Below, piece after piece: positions 1 through 11,532 of a stretch of DNA of 64,000 nt. Made by a program: the position numbers and the translations under genes. Where the stretch lies: NCBI RefSeq assembly GCF_011745625.1, contig NW_027191463.1:558001-622000 (forward strand), written 5' to 3'. The first letter of the stretch is position 1. Every line of letters starts with the position of its first letter. The notes beneath the pieces were generated by a model, which did not search any database, was not told the DNA's origin, and saw only the letters and a program-made list of their open reading frames with translations. The stretch is from Cladosporium halotolerans. Lineage: Eukaryota.

Positions 1-16
1 TTCACACACGAACCCC

Positions 17-381
17 TCACATCTTCGGCTTTCCACTGGTCTTGCTCGTTCCCCTCGCACCCCTATCATCACCCGTAACCTCCGTATCAGACGTCTCGGC
101 TTTCAAGCTCACCGGGTCGCCGAGCTGCGAAGGGTTCGACTGTAACTTCGCTTGCGCCCGCTGCTTGAGCGACTTGTCGCTCTGGTCACTTTTGGCGCCT
201 AGTTCGTCGGGTGTGGGTTTTGTGTCGGAGGTTTCGGCGCGGAGGGAGACGGGGTCGCCGAGTTGGGATGGGTTGCTTTCGTTTTTGGCGCGGGCGAGAG
301 ATGAGAGGGACTTGTTGTCCTTGGTGCTGTTAGATTTGACGGACTAGGGGTGATGAAGGGGGATTGTACTGAGGGAGCCAT
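17..381 (-). CDS. Small (~104 aa) hydrophilic protein with two internal repeats (NPSQLGDPVSL[RK]AETSDT); 2 exons
   Basis: ATG at 381 (MAPS), predicted 50-nt intron GTACAA...CTAAC...AAG, then an open frame DNKSLSSLARAKNESNPSQLGDPVSLRAETSDT...SNPSQLGDPVSLKAETSDT...GKPKM with TGA at 17-19. The repeat is conserved in protein but carries synonymous DNA changes. Missed by the ORF track. Confidence 0.7.
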
Positions 382-909
382 TGCAGAGGATGAACTTCGC
401 CTAATGCTGACTAAGAGGAAGTAGTCGGTGGACGGGTAATGTTTAACGGGTTTAGATATCGATGGCTAGGGCTGATGGGACGAAGTGAGTTGGATGAAAT
501 TGGCAAGCTGACGTCCATAAAAGGGAATCAACAAGTACATACAAATTATATGAGGTCCCATCAGACAAGTGAGGTCTACATAACCTCGGTCGGCTATTGG
601 AATCCCATGCCGCTGGTCGATCAATGTCGTCAACTATGATGATGCCATGAGGACCACTCCAGCGTGGGGGGGAAGGGTCCACCCGCAAGCGTGGAGATCG
701 ATATCTGAGATCTCGCATGTGACAAGCCCTATATTAGACTATAGGTTATCTGAGACTCTTTCTAGTGAATAGGCTTAAAACTTAGCATGACCTTCGTGAA
801 AAGCTTGTCGTAAATTGCTTCGGTTTCATGCATTGAATTTGGTCGTACACGTTTCATCCGGTGCATCCTCATGCCTCACCGACTACCCTCTCGCGACAAA
901 CGAACTTTT

Positions 910-2148
910 TTACTTAGCGCCCTCTTCTACGTTCTTCGCGCCATACTTTTTGCCATAATTGAACACCTTCGCGTCCATATCAGGCCCGATAAAAAGCCAA
1001 GCAACAGCCACCACCCAAGACATAAGCGTATCAAGCAGCCAGTTGTTCCTCGCACTACCACCCAGCATACCCGCACGGAGCAACGAGGCAATAAACTGCG
1101 TCGTGACAATAAATCCACCGCTCTCCAGCCCTTTCACGGCCGCCGCCGCAACCTCGTCTTCCGTCTGAGGCGAGTCGTCTTTTTCCAGCAGTTTCGTCAC
1201 GGCGTGCTTCGTCAGGTTCTCGTTCTCGAAGCCAGGTGAGGTTATTGTGCCGGGCATGACAAGGTGGATGCTGATATCGCGGCCCGGCGCTTCGGCGCGC
1301 ACACTGGGGTCTTTGGATCGTCGCGAGCCATTGTAGATGTTCACCTCAGATCGGAGAGTGTCTGCGAGGGATCGCATGGCGGCTTTGGCTGGGCAGTAGG
1401 GCGCGTAGCCTGCTGCGCCGAGGAGGGCCGCGACGGAAGAAGTCATGATGAATTGCCTGGGTCCGGTTGATGCATCCTGGCTGCCGGCGGAGGGTTTTGT
1501 CCAGGCGTTTAGAGTCGTGTGAGCGAGGTAGGCTGCGCCCCAGTAGTTCATGTCCATTTGGCTTCGCAGGACTTCGATCGGGGTGTCTTTGAAAAGGGCC
1601 GGGTGGGCGCCTCCTGCCACTTGCCATACAATGTCCGGAGGCTGGCCGTGATTCCACTTGGTAGCTTCTGCCATGATTCGATCGTTCTCCTCTGGTTTGG
1701 TTACATCTGCCGAGATGGTGTGGAAGCGTTGTTTGGAAGTGTCTTTCGCGCTGGCCTGGATCAAATGTTAGTGGCAAAACGTCTTCTAGCACAGATATAC
1801 CATGCATGGACGAGCCACTTACGCTGATGTATTTCACAGCTTCAGCGAGTCGCTGCTGGTTCCTGGCAACGATGACAATGTTTGCTCCTTTTTTCGCCAG
1901 GATCTTCGCAACGCCACGGCCCATTCCAGTGGAGCCCCCAGTGAGCAGGACAGTCTATCGTGAAACCAACAATATTAGAACGTGGATTCGAACCCGACAC
2001 ATTGGCCTCTTAAGCAGAATATTGGATATCTTACCTTGCCATCAACCTCCAAATGGTTCTTGCGGCTGAAGAGGCCCATGATGTCTAGAGCGAATACGCT
2101 AATGATTACCGCGAGAACAACAGACGCCCAAAACAATCCACCTGCCAT
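910..2148 (-). CDS. TSC10: 3-ketodihydrosphingosine reductase (SDR); 3 exons
   Basis: Exons ~2148-2035, 1954-1823 and 1755-910 with GT-AG introns. N-terminal hydrophobic anchor, TGGSTGMG Rossmann motif, YCPAK catalytic motif, C-terminal hydrophobic segment. Confidence 0.85.
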
Positions 2149-2415
2149 CCTACCAGTGCTGTAACGCAGCACGAGAGTATGTAATCAACTGTTCATCCTA
2201 TACAGCAGAGCATAAGATCTCGAGATAGACGCCAGCTAATCCAGCCTTCACCGCCCAGGCGGCAGAAATTCGCGGCGGCAGCAAAGTGGGTCCCTGCAAC
2301 GTTCCTCTAGCGGCATCCAAAAAAGTTGAAGCCTCTCCAAGCGCCTGGCCGCCCATCGAAAGCCGAACGCTTTCGCAACAATTCATAAACACACAAGTCT
2401 TCACACACGGCCAAA

Positions 2416-3372
2416 ATGAAGGTCGGTAAGCCCACCTCAAAGCGCCAGAGCACGCGCCTGCGCCACAACATCAAGAAGAAGTCCGCCGAGAAGCAGCGCA
2501 AGGACCGCAAGGCGGCGAAGAACAACCCGCAATGGCGCAGTCGCTTGAAGAAGGACCCCGGCGTCCCCAACTTGTTCCCGTACAAGGCCAAGGTGCTGGC
2601 TGAGATCGAAGAGAGCAAGCGTAGGAAGGAGGAGGAGCAGATGCAGAGGCGCGAGACGGCCAAGGCTCGCAGGGAGGGTCGCGCGGTTGTCGACGAGGCC
2701 CTGCCCGGGCCTAGTGGGCGTGCTGTTGCTGGTGCTATGGAGCAGGAGGTGGAGATGGATGGCGATGAGGACGACATGGATATGGAGGATGATGGCAGCA
2801 ACCCTATGGCTGCGCTGCTTGCTTCGGCGCAAGCGAGGGCGGTGGAACATGATGAGGACGACGATGATGACGATGAGGACGATGATGAGGACGACGAGGA
2901 GGTTCCGTCTGGTGTTGCGATTCCGAAGAAGAAGGCACCAAACGCACAGCCCGAGAAGAAAGTCCTCCCGAAGCAAGCCCTCGCCGATCCCGTCAAAGCC
3001 GTTTCTGCGCTCATGGAGCGCATGCAGAAGACCGAGGATGGCGTGCAAAGACTGATTGATTACTACCAATTGCCACCCGTCGTCACCGCCAACAGCGATC
3101 TGGCGACTAGGTTTTTGGTAGACGTTGCACGCAAGCGTGGCCGTCTTGGAAGGGGTGGTGTACCGAACCTGCACGCCGCCTCGCTCGTCGTGCTAAACGA
3201 TGTAAACGAGGACAGGATTCGTCTTCCGACTGTGCAGGAGACCAAGAAGGTCGACCCCAAGGGCAAGTCTCAGGTCACTATCGTGCAGACCATGGCCGAG
3301 CCTTTCAAGATTGCTGGTCTGTGGGGAGACGAGACGAATGGCACTACGGATGAGATGGTGGTCGAGACTTGA
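2416..3372 (+). CDS. NUG1: Nug1/Grn1/GNL3-like nucleolar protein lacking the GTPase domain
   Basis: Basic N-terminus (SKRQSTRLRHNIKKK...KKDPGVPNLFPYK) typical of GNL3/Grn1, an acidic tract, and the C-terminal FLVDVARKRGRLGRGGVPNL motif. No G-motifs are present. Confidence 0.8.
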   Translation: MKVGKPTSKRQSTRLRHNIKKKSAEKQRKDRKAAKNNPQWRSRLKKDPGVPNLFPYKAKVLAEIEESKRRKEEEQMQRRETAKARREGRAVVDEALPGPSGRAVAGAMEQEVEMDGDEDDMDMEDDGSNPMAALLASAQARAVEHDEDDDDDDEDDDEDDEEVPSGVAIPKKKAPNAQPEKKVLPKQALADPVKAVSALMERMQKTEDGVQRLIDYYQLPPVVTANSDLATRFLVDVARKRGRLGRGGVPNLHAASLVVLNDVNEDRIRLPTVQETKKVDPKGKSQVTIVQTMAEPFKIAGLWGDETNGTTDEMVVET

Positions 3373-3924
3373 GCCGGTCCTGACCTTGTCTTCGATACCC
3401 AAATGAACACGAAGGGCTACAGGAAAGTCACGCTCACTTTACTGAAGCACATTTACCAGAGCATTTGGCCAAAGCTCTAAGCGGCCTACGTCCCTACACT
3501 CGCCGTATCCTCTGGAAGCATTCTAATGACCTGAAACTCGATTTCATGCAGAACATCGGCGGCACCGCTGGACAAATGCAACTCCGGCTATAGGGAGCGA
3601 ACAAACGGTTGGTTCATGTTCAGGTGTTGAGCACCTGCTCGGGCAAAAGAGGACGCCGAAAGAGCGTCTGTAATCGTTCAGCTGGCGCAATGTCATCATC
3701 TCGCTTGAAAAGGCGATCAGATAGCGCAGCCAATGCATAGTACACCGATTCATAGGCGCAAAATTTCACGTACTGCACCTTAGAGTTTAACCTCGGAAGG
3801 ATCACATGCGAAGCCGCCCCGTCCGTCGGGGTCTCACACCCTCCGCGAATTCGGCGGGACAATCGTCCGCTGCAACCTCAGCGCACTCCGCCTCGCCCGC
3901 CCACCCCAATCCGCGCCCCGTGTC

Positions 3925-4838
3925 ATGTCAAAACCCTCTCAAACATTTGTGCAGGTCAAGAATTGCGTACGTACCGTATCCGACTTGTGCAGGGTCGATC
4001 GCGACCTGGAGACCCCGTGTTAGGGCTGACCATGCCTCGGCTGTGCTTGTAGGAAGCTGCGCAGCAAAACCCTCTCTCGTGCGAGGTATGCCGGCGGCGG
4101 AAGACGAAGGTAAGGATCACCTACCACTTATGGTATTATTGGCTTGCGAACATGGATTGCTGATACCTTCCTCTTTCTTCACCAGTGTGACCGCAAGCTG
4201 TAAGCTCAGGCCTCGTCGCGTGGCGCGAACATACATGCTAGCCCTATCCTGACGCCCCCAGTCCATCGTGCTCGCACTGCATCGACGCGAAAGTCACCTG
4301 CCACTATCCCGAGGCGAAACAACGGGGTCCGCAAGTGGGCTACCTGGCCGTGCTGGAAAACCGGCTCGTGAACACAGAGGCAGTGCTCTACGATGCCTTG
4401 TCAAAGCTCTACCAGCAGCCGCCCGCCGAGGGCGAGAGCGTGGACCGGATCGTGAAGCGGCTACAAGACCGCTACTCCAACATGCCGTACTCGGCTAAGA
4501 CATCCGAATGGAACCAGCAGCCGCTGCTTGCCGAGGACGACCGCCAGAGGTGGTGGATTGCACACCAGCAGATTATGGCCGAGAGCGAGTCGCCTTATGC
4601 GTCTTCTGAGGTGCGCAAGAGGCGCGCCATGAGCCATTCATCGGCACATACGGTCGATACTGGCGAGCCTGGGTTCGTTGATGAGGCGCGCTCAAGAGGG
4701 CCCTATTCGCCTGCTGATGCGAGGTCATCCGAGCGACCGCTTTCGTCGAATCCCTCGCCTGGCGTCAATGTCCCCGCCAATGTTGATCCGGAGATTGCGG
4801 CGGAGCTTGATGATGAACAGCTTCAGAAGTACTTTTGA
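3925..4838 (+). CDS. Short Zn(II)2Cys6 transcription factor; 4 exons
   Basis: Exons 3925-3966, 4053-4109, 4186-4199 and 4262-4838 splice in frame to give CEVCRRRKTKCDRKLPSCSHCIDAKVTCHY, followed by a coiled coil (YLAVLENRLVNTEAVL). Confidence 0.85.
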
Positions 4839-5470
4839 GAGGTTCTAGGGTCGAATATGCGGCGAATGATGTTATCGTTACTGAGCGGCGATCGCCAACG
4901 CGCTTTGAGCACGATTCTGCACGGTTGAGAATGTGATGGGATTGAGTTCACTACTGAACTCACTCTTGTCGGGATTGGCAGCTCTGGGATGTGCCAATGA
5001 GGGAATGAAGACACAAAACGTGCAGATGAATTCGGTAATATCTCATCACGACTAGTAATGCTTTTGGTACATAGTACATATCTGGATGAAATGAACCGGA
5101 CATATCAGTCTAATAGTCGCCTCAAGGCTTACACCTTAATGGTTCCTTCCTCTGGCCTCTAGCCGAAGCTCTGCATCTGTGCTCACAAGCGCATGGCGAC
5201 TTTTGAGACGGTATTCTTGATGCACAACGCTTGTTGCCGTCCCTTTTTGGAAAGAATCGCGCTGTCAAGGCCCCCTCACTTCCGTTGCAGTGGTGGGAAC
5301 GAGGACTGACAGCAGCTGTCCATTCAGTTTGAAGACGGCCATTTGGAAGCAACCGCATCGTTATGGGTAAATATAGTACTCACGATGGTATCAAAGTGCT
5401 ATGTGCAAACATGCTCCCCAACACAAAAACGCCTCGCCGTTCAACAAAATAGTACATGCCAGCAAATGCC

Positions 5471-6306
5471 TCACCAAAACCAAAGCAGCATGAGACAGCA
5501 AATTGCAATGAAGCTGCCCAAGATAATCCCGTCTCTCCTCTTCTTCGACCCAATCCTCTGCATCAGCCCGTTGATCCCGGGTATCTGTGCCGCCGCGCCT
5601 GTGATCCGCCTCTGGATGCTGCTCAAGCTCTCTCGCTGCAGCGCAAAACTCTCATTGACGGCGTATGCCTGGCTCAGCACAGCGTCCGTCACGTTGTGGC
5701 TGTTATCCAGCCGCCGTCGCTCGTCGAGCATGTAGTCTGCTTCGGCGGATTCGGGGTTGTCGCGTGCGCGGTAGGCGTTGATGTCGGAGCGTACGTTGGA
5801 GAGGAGGTTTGCGCGGTCGCGTGCGGTGGATATCTGGGACTTTAATCGCGAGAGCTCGGTGCGGTGTTGTTGGAGGATTTCGCGGTGGCGGGCGAGGTTG
5901 GTTGACTTAAGGGCGGAGGTTGTAGGTTCGGAATCGAGGATGCGGGCGAGTTGCCCGATGAGAGTCGAGCGCTGGGAAGAAGTGTTAGGAAGGCGTGTCG
6001 CAAGATTGGGCTAACGTATGTTGTCTGGCAAACAAAAGACCAGCACATTCGGCATGGCTTATAGTCGCACCTTCTCGAGGATCTCATTTAGCTGCTGTTC
6101 CGTCTTCTGCTCCTCTTCGCTGGGTTTGGGATCGATGTCTGACTTTGCGGCAAATTGTGCGTATGTGTGGAATAGAGATTCGGTCTGGCCTATTCGTCAA
6201 CATATATTCCTCTTGCGACTTGAGGTATCCGCCTTGAACACACCTGTGTCTCCGCCGCTCTTGCCTGCTGGCGCACCTGCGCCCATGTCGCACCTGCAGC
6301 TGCCAT
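5471..6306 (-). CDS. GOS1: Golgi SNARE Gos1; 3 exons
   Basis: WAQVRQQAR N-terminus, LARHREIL, DRANLLSNVRSDI, IPGINGLMQRIGSKKRRDGIIL plus a C-terminal TM helix. Confidence 0.92.
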
Positions 6307-6669
6307 GTTGGGAGATGCAGGCGGCTGTGATAGTTGTAGTAAGGTATGCGTGTCCAGGCCAATCCTCCCCTGGGTGGTGTAAGTCCAAGAAATCGACAAG
6401 TCCGTCTTTCAAGATGATGCGCTCCGCGACCGAACACGACCCAAGCATCCTGCCGCATTGGGTGGCTAGCGTCTAAGCGTCAGGTGGAGGCCGGCGGCTA
6501 GCTCGCGGGATGCGCGGGTCTATCCGTCCAGGTGCGCGCTTGCCCGCACACAAAGCCAAGACTTCATTCACAGTCTTCTCTGGCTGAATTTGGACCCGCG
6601 ACTCCGACGAAGACCACCCGCGACTCTCGACGACGATAACGACCACCCACACCCCGACAATCCTTCATA

Positions 6670-7327
6670 ATGGTAATTTCCGACCGCACGCTCGCATCTG
6701 GAATGAGGAGGAAATGCTGACCGGTGGAATTTGGCAGTCGTCCGGCAAGGTCAGAGCCCAGCAGCTTTGGGGCAAGAACAAGGAGGATCTCCACAAGCAG
6801 CTCGATGAGCTCAAGCAGGAGCTCGTGGCTCTGCGCACCCAGAAGATCGCCGGTGGTGCCCAGTCGAAGCTGAGCAAGATGTGCGTCCAATCCCGAACCC
6901 GAGTTTGAAAGAGGCGGAAAAAAAGTGGAGGAACATTGAATGTGGAATCGAGGCACGCGAACAAGGTCGCCAGCAGAGAATCACAATACTGACGCAGATT
7001 GCGCAAACAGCCACGACGTCCGCAAGTCGATCGCCCGCGTCCTCACCGTCATCAACGCCAACCAGCGCGCCCAGCTCCGCATCTTCTACAAGGGCAAGAA
7101 GTACCTGCCGCTCGACCTCCGCGCCAAGCAGACTCGCGCCATCCGCAGGAGAATGACCAAGCACGAGCAGAACCTCGTCACCGAGAAGCAGGCCAAGAAG
7201 CAGAGGCACTTCCCTCAGCGCAACTACGCCGTCAAGGTGCGTACATGATGATGGACCACTGGGGTCGGACCATTTCTTTCGAGTCAGGACAAAATGTACT
7301 GACTTGGATGTTTCACAGGCGCAGTAA
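6670..7327 (+). CDS. RPL35: 60S ribosomal protein L35 (uL29); 4 exons
   Basis: ATG-only first exon (6670-6672). [62 protein letters not shown]. Confidence 0.97.
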
Positions 7328-8526
7328 GGGTTTTCGTTGCTGGACTGCTGGTGCATTTGGGAGCGTGTGCTTTTCATGGCGCGATGGGAAAAACTACCAT
7401 TCTAACTCCGTAGCGGATGAAATGCTCAAAAGTGCAAACGATGATACCCTTTTCTTCCGAGACTTTTCGCTGTCGTCAATTATTCGGGTCTCAGATTATG
7501 CAGGCGGATACATGGGTTCACAAATGCCCTGAACATTGATCATCTCACAGTAACCCCCGCCGCCATCTCTGGTCTTTGCCAGCCTTGCGATTGTCCGCGC
7601 GACACCCTTCATGATACGCCTCTCAACTGCTCGGCACAATCCTCGATCAACAGCACGGCTCTCCACCTACGGTGACTGAACTTTATATTACTGCATATCT
7701 CGCACTGGAAGGACTACATTTACCAAGGCACGTGCTTGAGGACTGCACGGCATCCGACTCTAGCCTGTTCTAGTGTTCTAGAAACCGAGAGGAACACAGG
7801 CAAGGGGCCGGCATGGCCCGATCTCGTCATGCAACTGGATAGAGGATCAAGCATTCAGTCCCGATCAGCAACAGCTGTCGCCACACGCGCCTGCGAGTAC
7901 CATGCGAACCAACGCATAGGGCGTTCCCAGTCATCACTCGTGCTCTGTTCACGGGGATATATGGTCTGTACGTGGTCCACGCAAGGTCTTGAGAGTAAAA
8001 TTGTTGTACATAGTAGCTACATAGGCGGTCGTCTCCTCCAAGATGATTACAAAATCCCTTCTTTTCATACATTGTACATCACATCCCTCCTCTCGTGCGG
8101 AGTCTGTGAGACGTGCAGTTTCCCTTCGCTCTTGCCAGTGAAGGTCTCGTTATGAATGTATTGTTTATCCCTTCCTGCTGGAGATTCCTGCGCTGGTCCA
8201 AGTCTATTCACCCGCAATTCTGTGGTTTGTACAAGGCAGAGTACGGCCTCTGGCATGGCTTCAAAGCATTCTCCACTCTCTGCGATGCCGCCTGCCCATA
8301 CGCCGGTGGTAAAGCAGATCGAAGACGAAATTGGCGTGTCCCAATCGAAGCGCTGGATCAATGCTACCATTCATGCCGCCAGATGATCCTGGGAGTCGAA
8401 GCGACTGGTTGCAGGAGTGAGACTTGCTTGAGTCTCTCAGACCGTAGACTCGGATTTTTAGCAAGCAGCAGCGTTCGTCTGCATTTATAGACGGAGGCAA
8501 GTGGTAGGATATCGACAACACAGACT

Positions 8527-9618
8527 TTAAGCCGTGGCTGCCTTCGACTCCCGACCAGTCACATCATCAACGGCATCCTCAAGAGACGGCTGCGGCTTCT
8601 CAGACTTCGGCATCCTGGCCTCATGAATAAGCTTGCTCAAGCAAGAGACCAAGCTCTCCTTCTCCTCCGGCTCCGCATTCGCACTGCCCGCCCAACGGAT
8701 GCGATTCTCCTCATCCACAAGGTACACATACCCCGTCACGTCGTTCAGCAACCCAATCGCCTCCTTCATGACATCCGACACGCCGCGGTACACCATGAAA
8801 TACCGCCCTTGCTCCTCGAGGCTCCGCGTCCGGCGCAGGTTGCCCTTGAACAGCTGCAGAATCCACCACTTCAGCCAGTTCTCCTCGCGGTTGATCTCCA
8901 CCACCTGCGCGCAGTCCTTCGCATCCGCCAGCACCTGGTGCAGCGCCGCGTTCTGCTTCGGCGACACGAACGTCGCCGTCTGGTTCACCGCCCACTGGCT
9001 GCTCACGATGCTCACGACCGACACCTTGCCCCTCGTCGCCTCGCACGAGTTGCGCCCGTACCCTCTGTATCCGTCTTTCGAGTCGACCCTCGCGGCGTCT
9101 TTGCGCAGCGTCTTGCCGAAGAAGTTCGGGAAGAACAGCGCGTGCTCCGCCCGGAACAGCCGCGGCGGCGCGACGAACTGCTTGCCCTTGTGGAAGCGCA
9201 GGTTGCTCCAGTCGCGGAAGTACGGCTTGGAGATCTGCTTCGTCATCCGGCTGCGCTTCTGCAAGTGTTTCTCGTAGTTGACGAAGTCGTCGCGGCGCTG
9301 GCGCAGGGAGCGCAGGTCGAGCCCCATGTTGTCGCCGGGGACCGGGGGGTAGGGCATTCCGATGGGCCGGCTGAGGGGTGTGGGTTGGAATTCGTCGCTG
9401 TCGTCGGGTTGCGCGCGCAGCTTGTAGCCGGGGAGGTCGGTGGGGACGGGTTTGTTGAAGGGAGCTGGGGGAGGGGGTTGTTTTTGCGTGGGTTTGGGGT
9501 CTTTTTGCGAGGGTTGCGAGGCGTAGGTTCGACGGTTTGTGAGGGTGCAGGAGGAGCGGGTTTCGGTTAGGGCGAGGAGGCGGAGGGCCTGGAGGCCCAG
9601 AGGTGAGGGCGCCTTCAT
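8527..9618 (-). CDS. ATP10: Mitochondrial ATP synthase assembly factor Atp10
   Basis: Presequence-like start MKAPSPLG; LSRPIGMPYPP, LFFPNFFGKTL, GYVYLVDEENRIRWAGS motifs. Confidence 0.9.
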   Translation of the reverse strand: MKAPSPLGLQALRLLALTETRSSCTLTNRRTYASQPSQKDPKPTQKQPPPPAPFNKPVPTDLPGYKLRAQPDDSDEFQPTPLSRPIGMPYPPVPGDNMGLDLRSLRQRRDDFVNYEKHLQKRSRMTKQISKPYFRDWSNLRFHKGKQFVAPPRLFRAEHALFFPNFFGKTLRKDAARVDSKDGYRGYGRNSCEATRGKVSVVSIVSSQWAVNQTATFVSPKQNAALHQVLADAKDCAQVVEINREENWLKWWILQLFKGNLRRTRSLEEQGRYFMVYRGVSDVMKEAIGLLNDVTGYVYLVDEENRIRWAGSANAEPEEKESLVSCLSKLIHEARMPKSEKPQPSLEDAVDDVTGRESKAATA

Positions 9619-10121
9619 TTTGGCGAAGCTGTTGGTTGGTGTGTTTGGGGGTATAGAGGTGGTAGTTGTTCGTAGCTGGAGCTCGAGATGCCGCGAACTT
9701 CCCGATCGGGACTTGGCTGTCCTGCAGCGCGGAGATCCACGCGGGAGTGCCACAAGGGACTTGGAACGCTCAAGGGTCAAGCCACGCGAGCCACGCTCGG
9801 CCACGACGTCGACCGATGACGGCCGCGTCGGCGGGCGAGAAGTCGATGGCAACGCGGTCAAAATCCCATGTCAGATCGCGGTGGGCTGCAGACGGCCGAT
9901 TCTTCCGATCCGATGACCCTGTCATTATCACTACATTCGCCGCTATCAGACTCTTGATCGGCCTTTAGTCAGGTACATGTAGACTTGGTTTGCTTTCTAA
10001 TCCTTCTGAACGTCCGTCTTTCGTACATCGAACCTCTTTCGTTTCTTTTGAACATAGACGCATAGCCGTCCTGTCAAGTATACCCCCATCGTCTCCTCGG
10101 ATTAAATAGATTTCAGCAGTC

Positions 10122-11170
10122 ATGGTTCTTATCGTAAGTCTTAGCCTGGTTTCTACGGCCAACACGTACGCCACCATACTAACCCTCCCCAGGCTGTAGG
10201 TCAAATCTGCTCGACAGCCTCCATGGAGGAGAACCTAGAACAATGTCGCGTCGTGATCAACAAGGCCGTCGCCGCTGGTGCAAAGGTACGCTACAACGCC
10301 ACCAACCCAAAACCACAGCACATTCTCACCAACCCCATCACCTCCAGGCCGTCTTCCTCCCCGAAGCAACCGACTACCTCGCCCACAACGCCACCGAATC
10401 CCTCTCCCTCTGCCAACCCACCAGCACCTCCCCCCTCGTCCTCGGCCTCCAATCCCTCGCCGCAACCCACTCCCTCCCCATCTCCGTCGGCGTCCACGAA
10501 CCCTCCTCCTCCTCCCCGGACAAGCTCAAAAACACCCTCCTCTGGATCTCCGAGCGCGGCGAAATCACAAACCGCTACCAGAAACTCCACCTCTTCGACA
10601 TCGCCCTCCCCAACGGCGGGCCCACGATGCGCGAGTCCGCCAGCGTCGAGCGCGGCGCCGCCCTGCCCGCCCCGTTCCCCACCCCAGCAGGCAAAGTCGG
10701 CCCGGCCATCTGCTTCGACCTGCGCTTCGCCGAGCTCGCGCTGCACCACAAGCGCCTGGGCGCGGAGATCCTGCTGTACCCGTCCGCGTTCCACCCGGAT
10801 ACGGGGCGCGTGCACTGGCTGCCGCTGCTGCAGGCGCGGGCGGTCGAGACGCTTTGTTATGTGGTTGCTGCGGCGCAGGTTGGGCGGCATAATGAGGTCA
10901 GGAGGAGTTATGGGCATAGTGTGGTTGTCAGTCCGTGGGGGGAGGTGTTGGCTGAGGCGGGCGGGGAGTGGAGGGGTGAGCCGGAGTGTTTGGTTGTGGA
11001 TGTCGATTTGGAGTATTTGGAGGGCAGGAGGAGGGGGTTGCCGCAGGAGAGGAGGACGTGAGTCTTTGTTTTTTTTTTGTTTTTTTTTTTTCCTTGATGT
11101 TTTATTCGGGTGTTTGGCGAGGATGGTTGGCTGACTTGATGATTGTAGGGATCTTTACCCGGAGGTCTAA
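10122..11170 (+). CDS. Carbon-nitrogen hydrolase (Nit1/Nit2-type, probable deaminated-glutathione amidase); 4 exons
   Basis: MVLI|AVGQICST start. Catalytic triad motifs FLPEA, YQKLHLFD and ICFDLRF; LLQARAVET, SYGHSVVVSPWG; last exon DLYPEV*. Confidence 0.9.
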
Positions 11171-11532
11171 ATTTTGGCCGTCCGATGACTTTCTTTTGAG
11201 TGGCACTTTCGTTCGCTCGAAAGGCGCTCAAAGATGAAACGCCGCCGGCTACATGGGGCCAGGAAACGTGCGAGCGAGGCCGTTCAATGGGAGGCCAGTG
11301 ATAAAACGATCATGCAAGAACGATTCGTACTCTGAAGAGGAGGCGCATCGCAAGAAATGTAGATTTTCCCTTAGACCCTTAGACCTAACAGGGAACCATC
11401 AATAAAAATAAACACGACCGTATAGATCACCCCATTTCGTTCCACTAAAGCCCTTCCACCTCCAATCTCACCTTAACCTCAGTCACCCTTAACCAACCCC
11501 CAAGCATCACGCACCCTTGATCCCTTCTCTCC

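Noticed and set aside
7736..8490. ORFs between RPL35 and ATP10
   Set aside because: No recognisable product; the region lies between convergent 3' ends.
8623..9570. Long antisense and alternative-frame ORFs (also 23424-26150, 33104-34402, 36743-37762, 49115-49945)
   Set aside because: Shadows of GC-rich, codon-biased real genes; no recognisable motifs.
11062..11095. Poly-T tracts (also ~14380-14515 and ~43820-43850)
   Set aside because: Ordinary intronic or 3'-UTR low-complexity sequence; no CRISPR-like or mobile-element structure.
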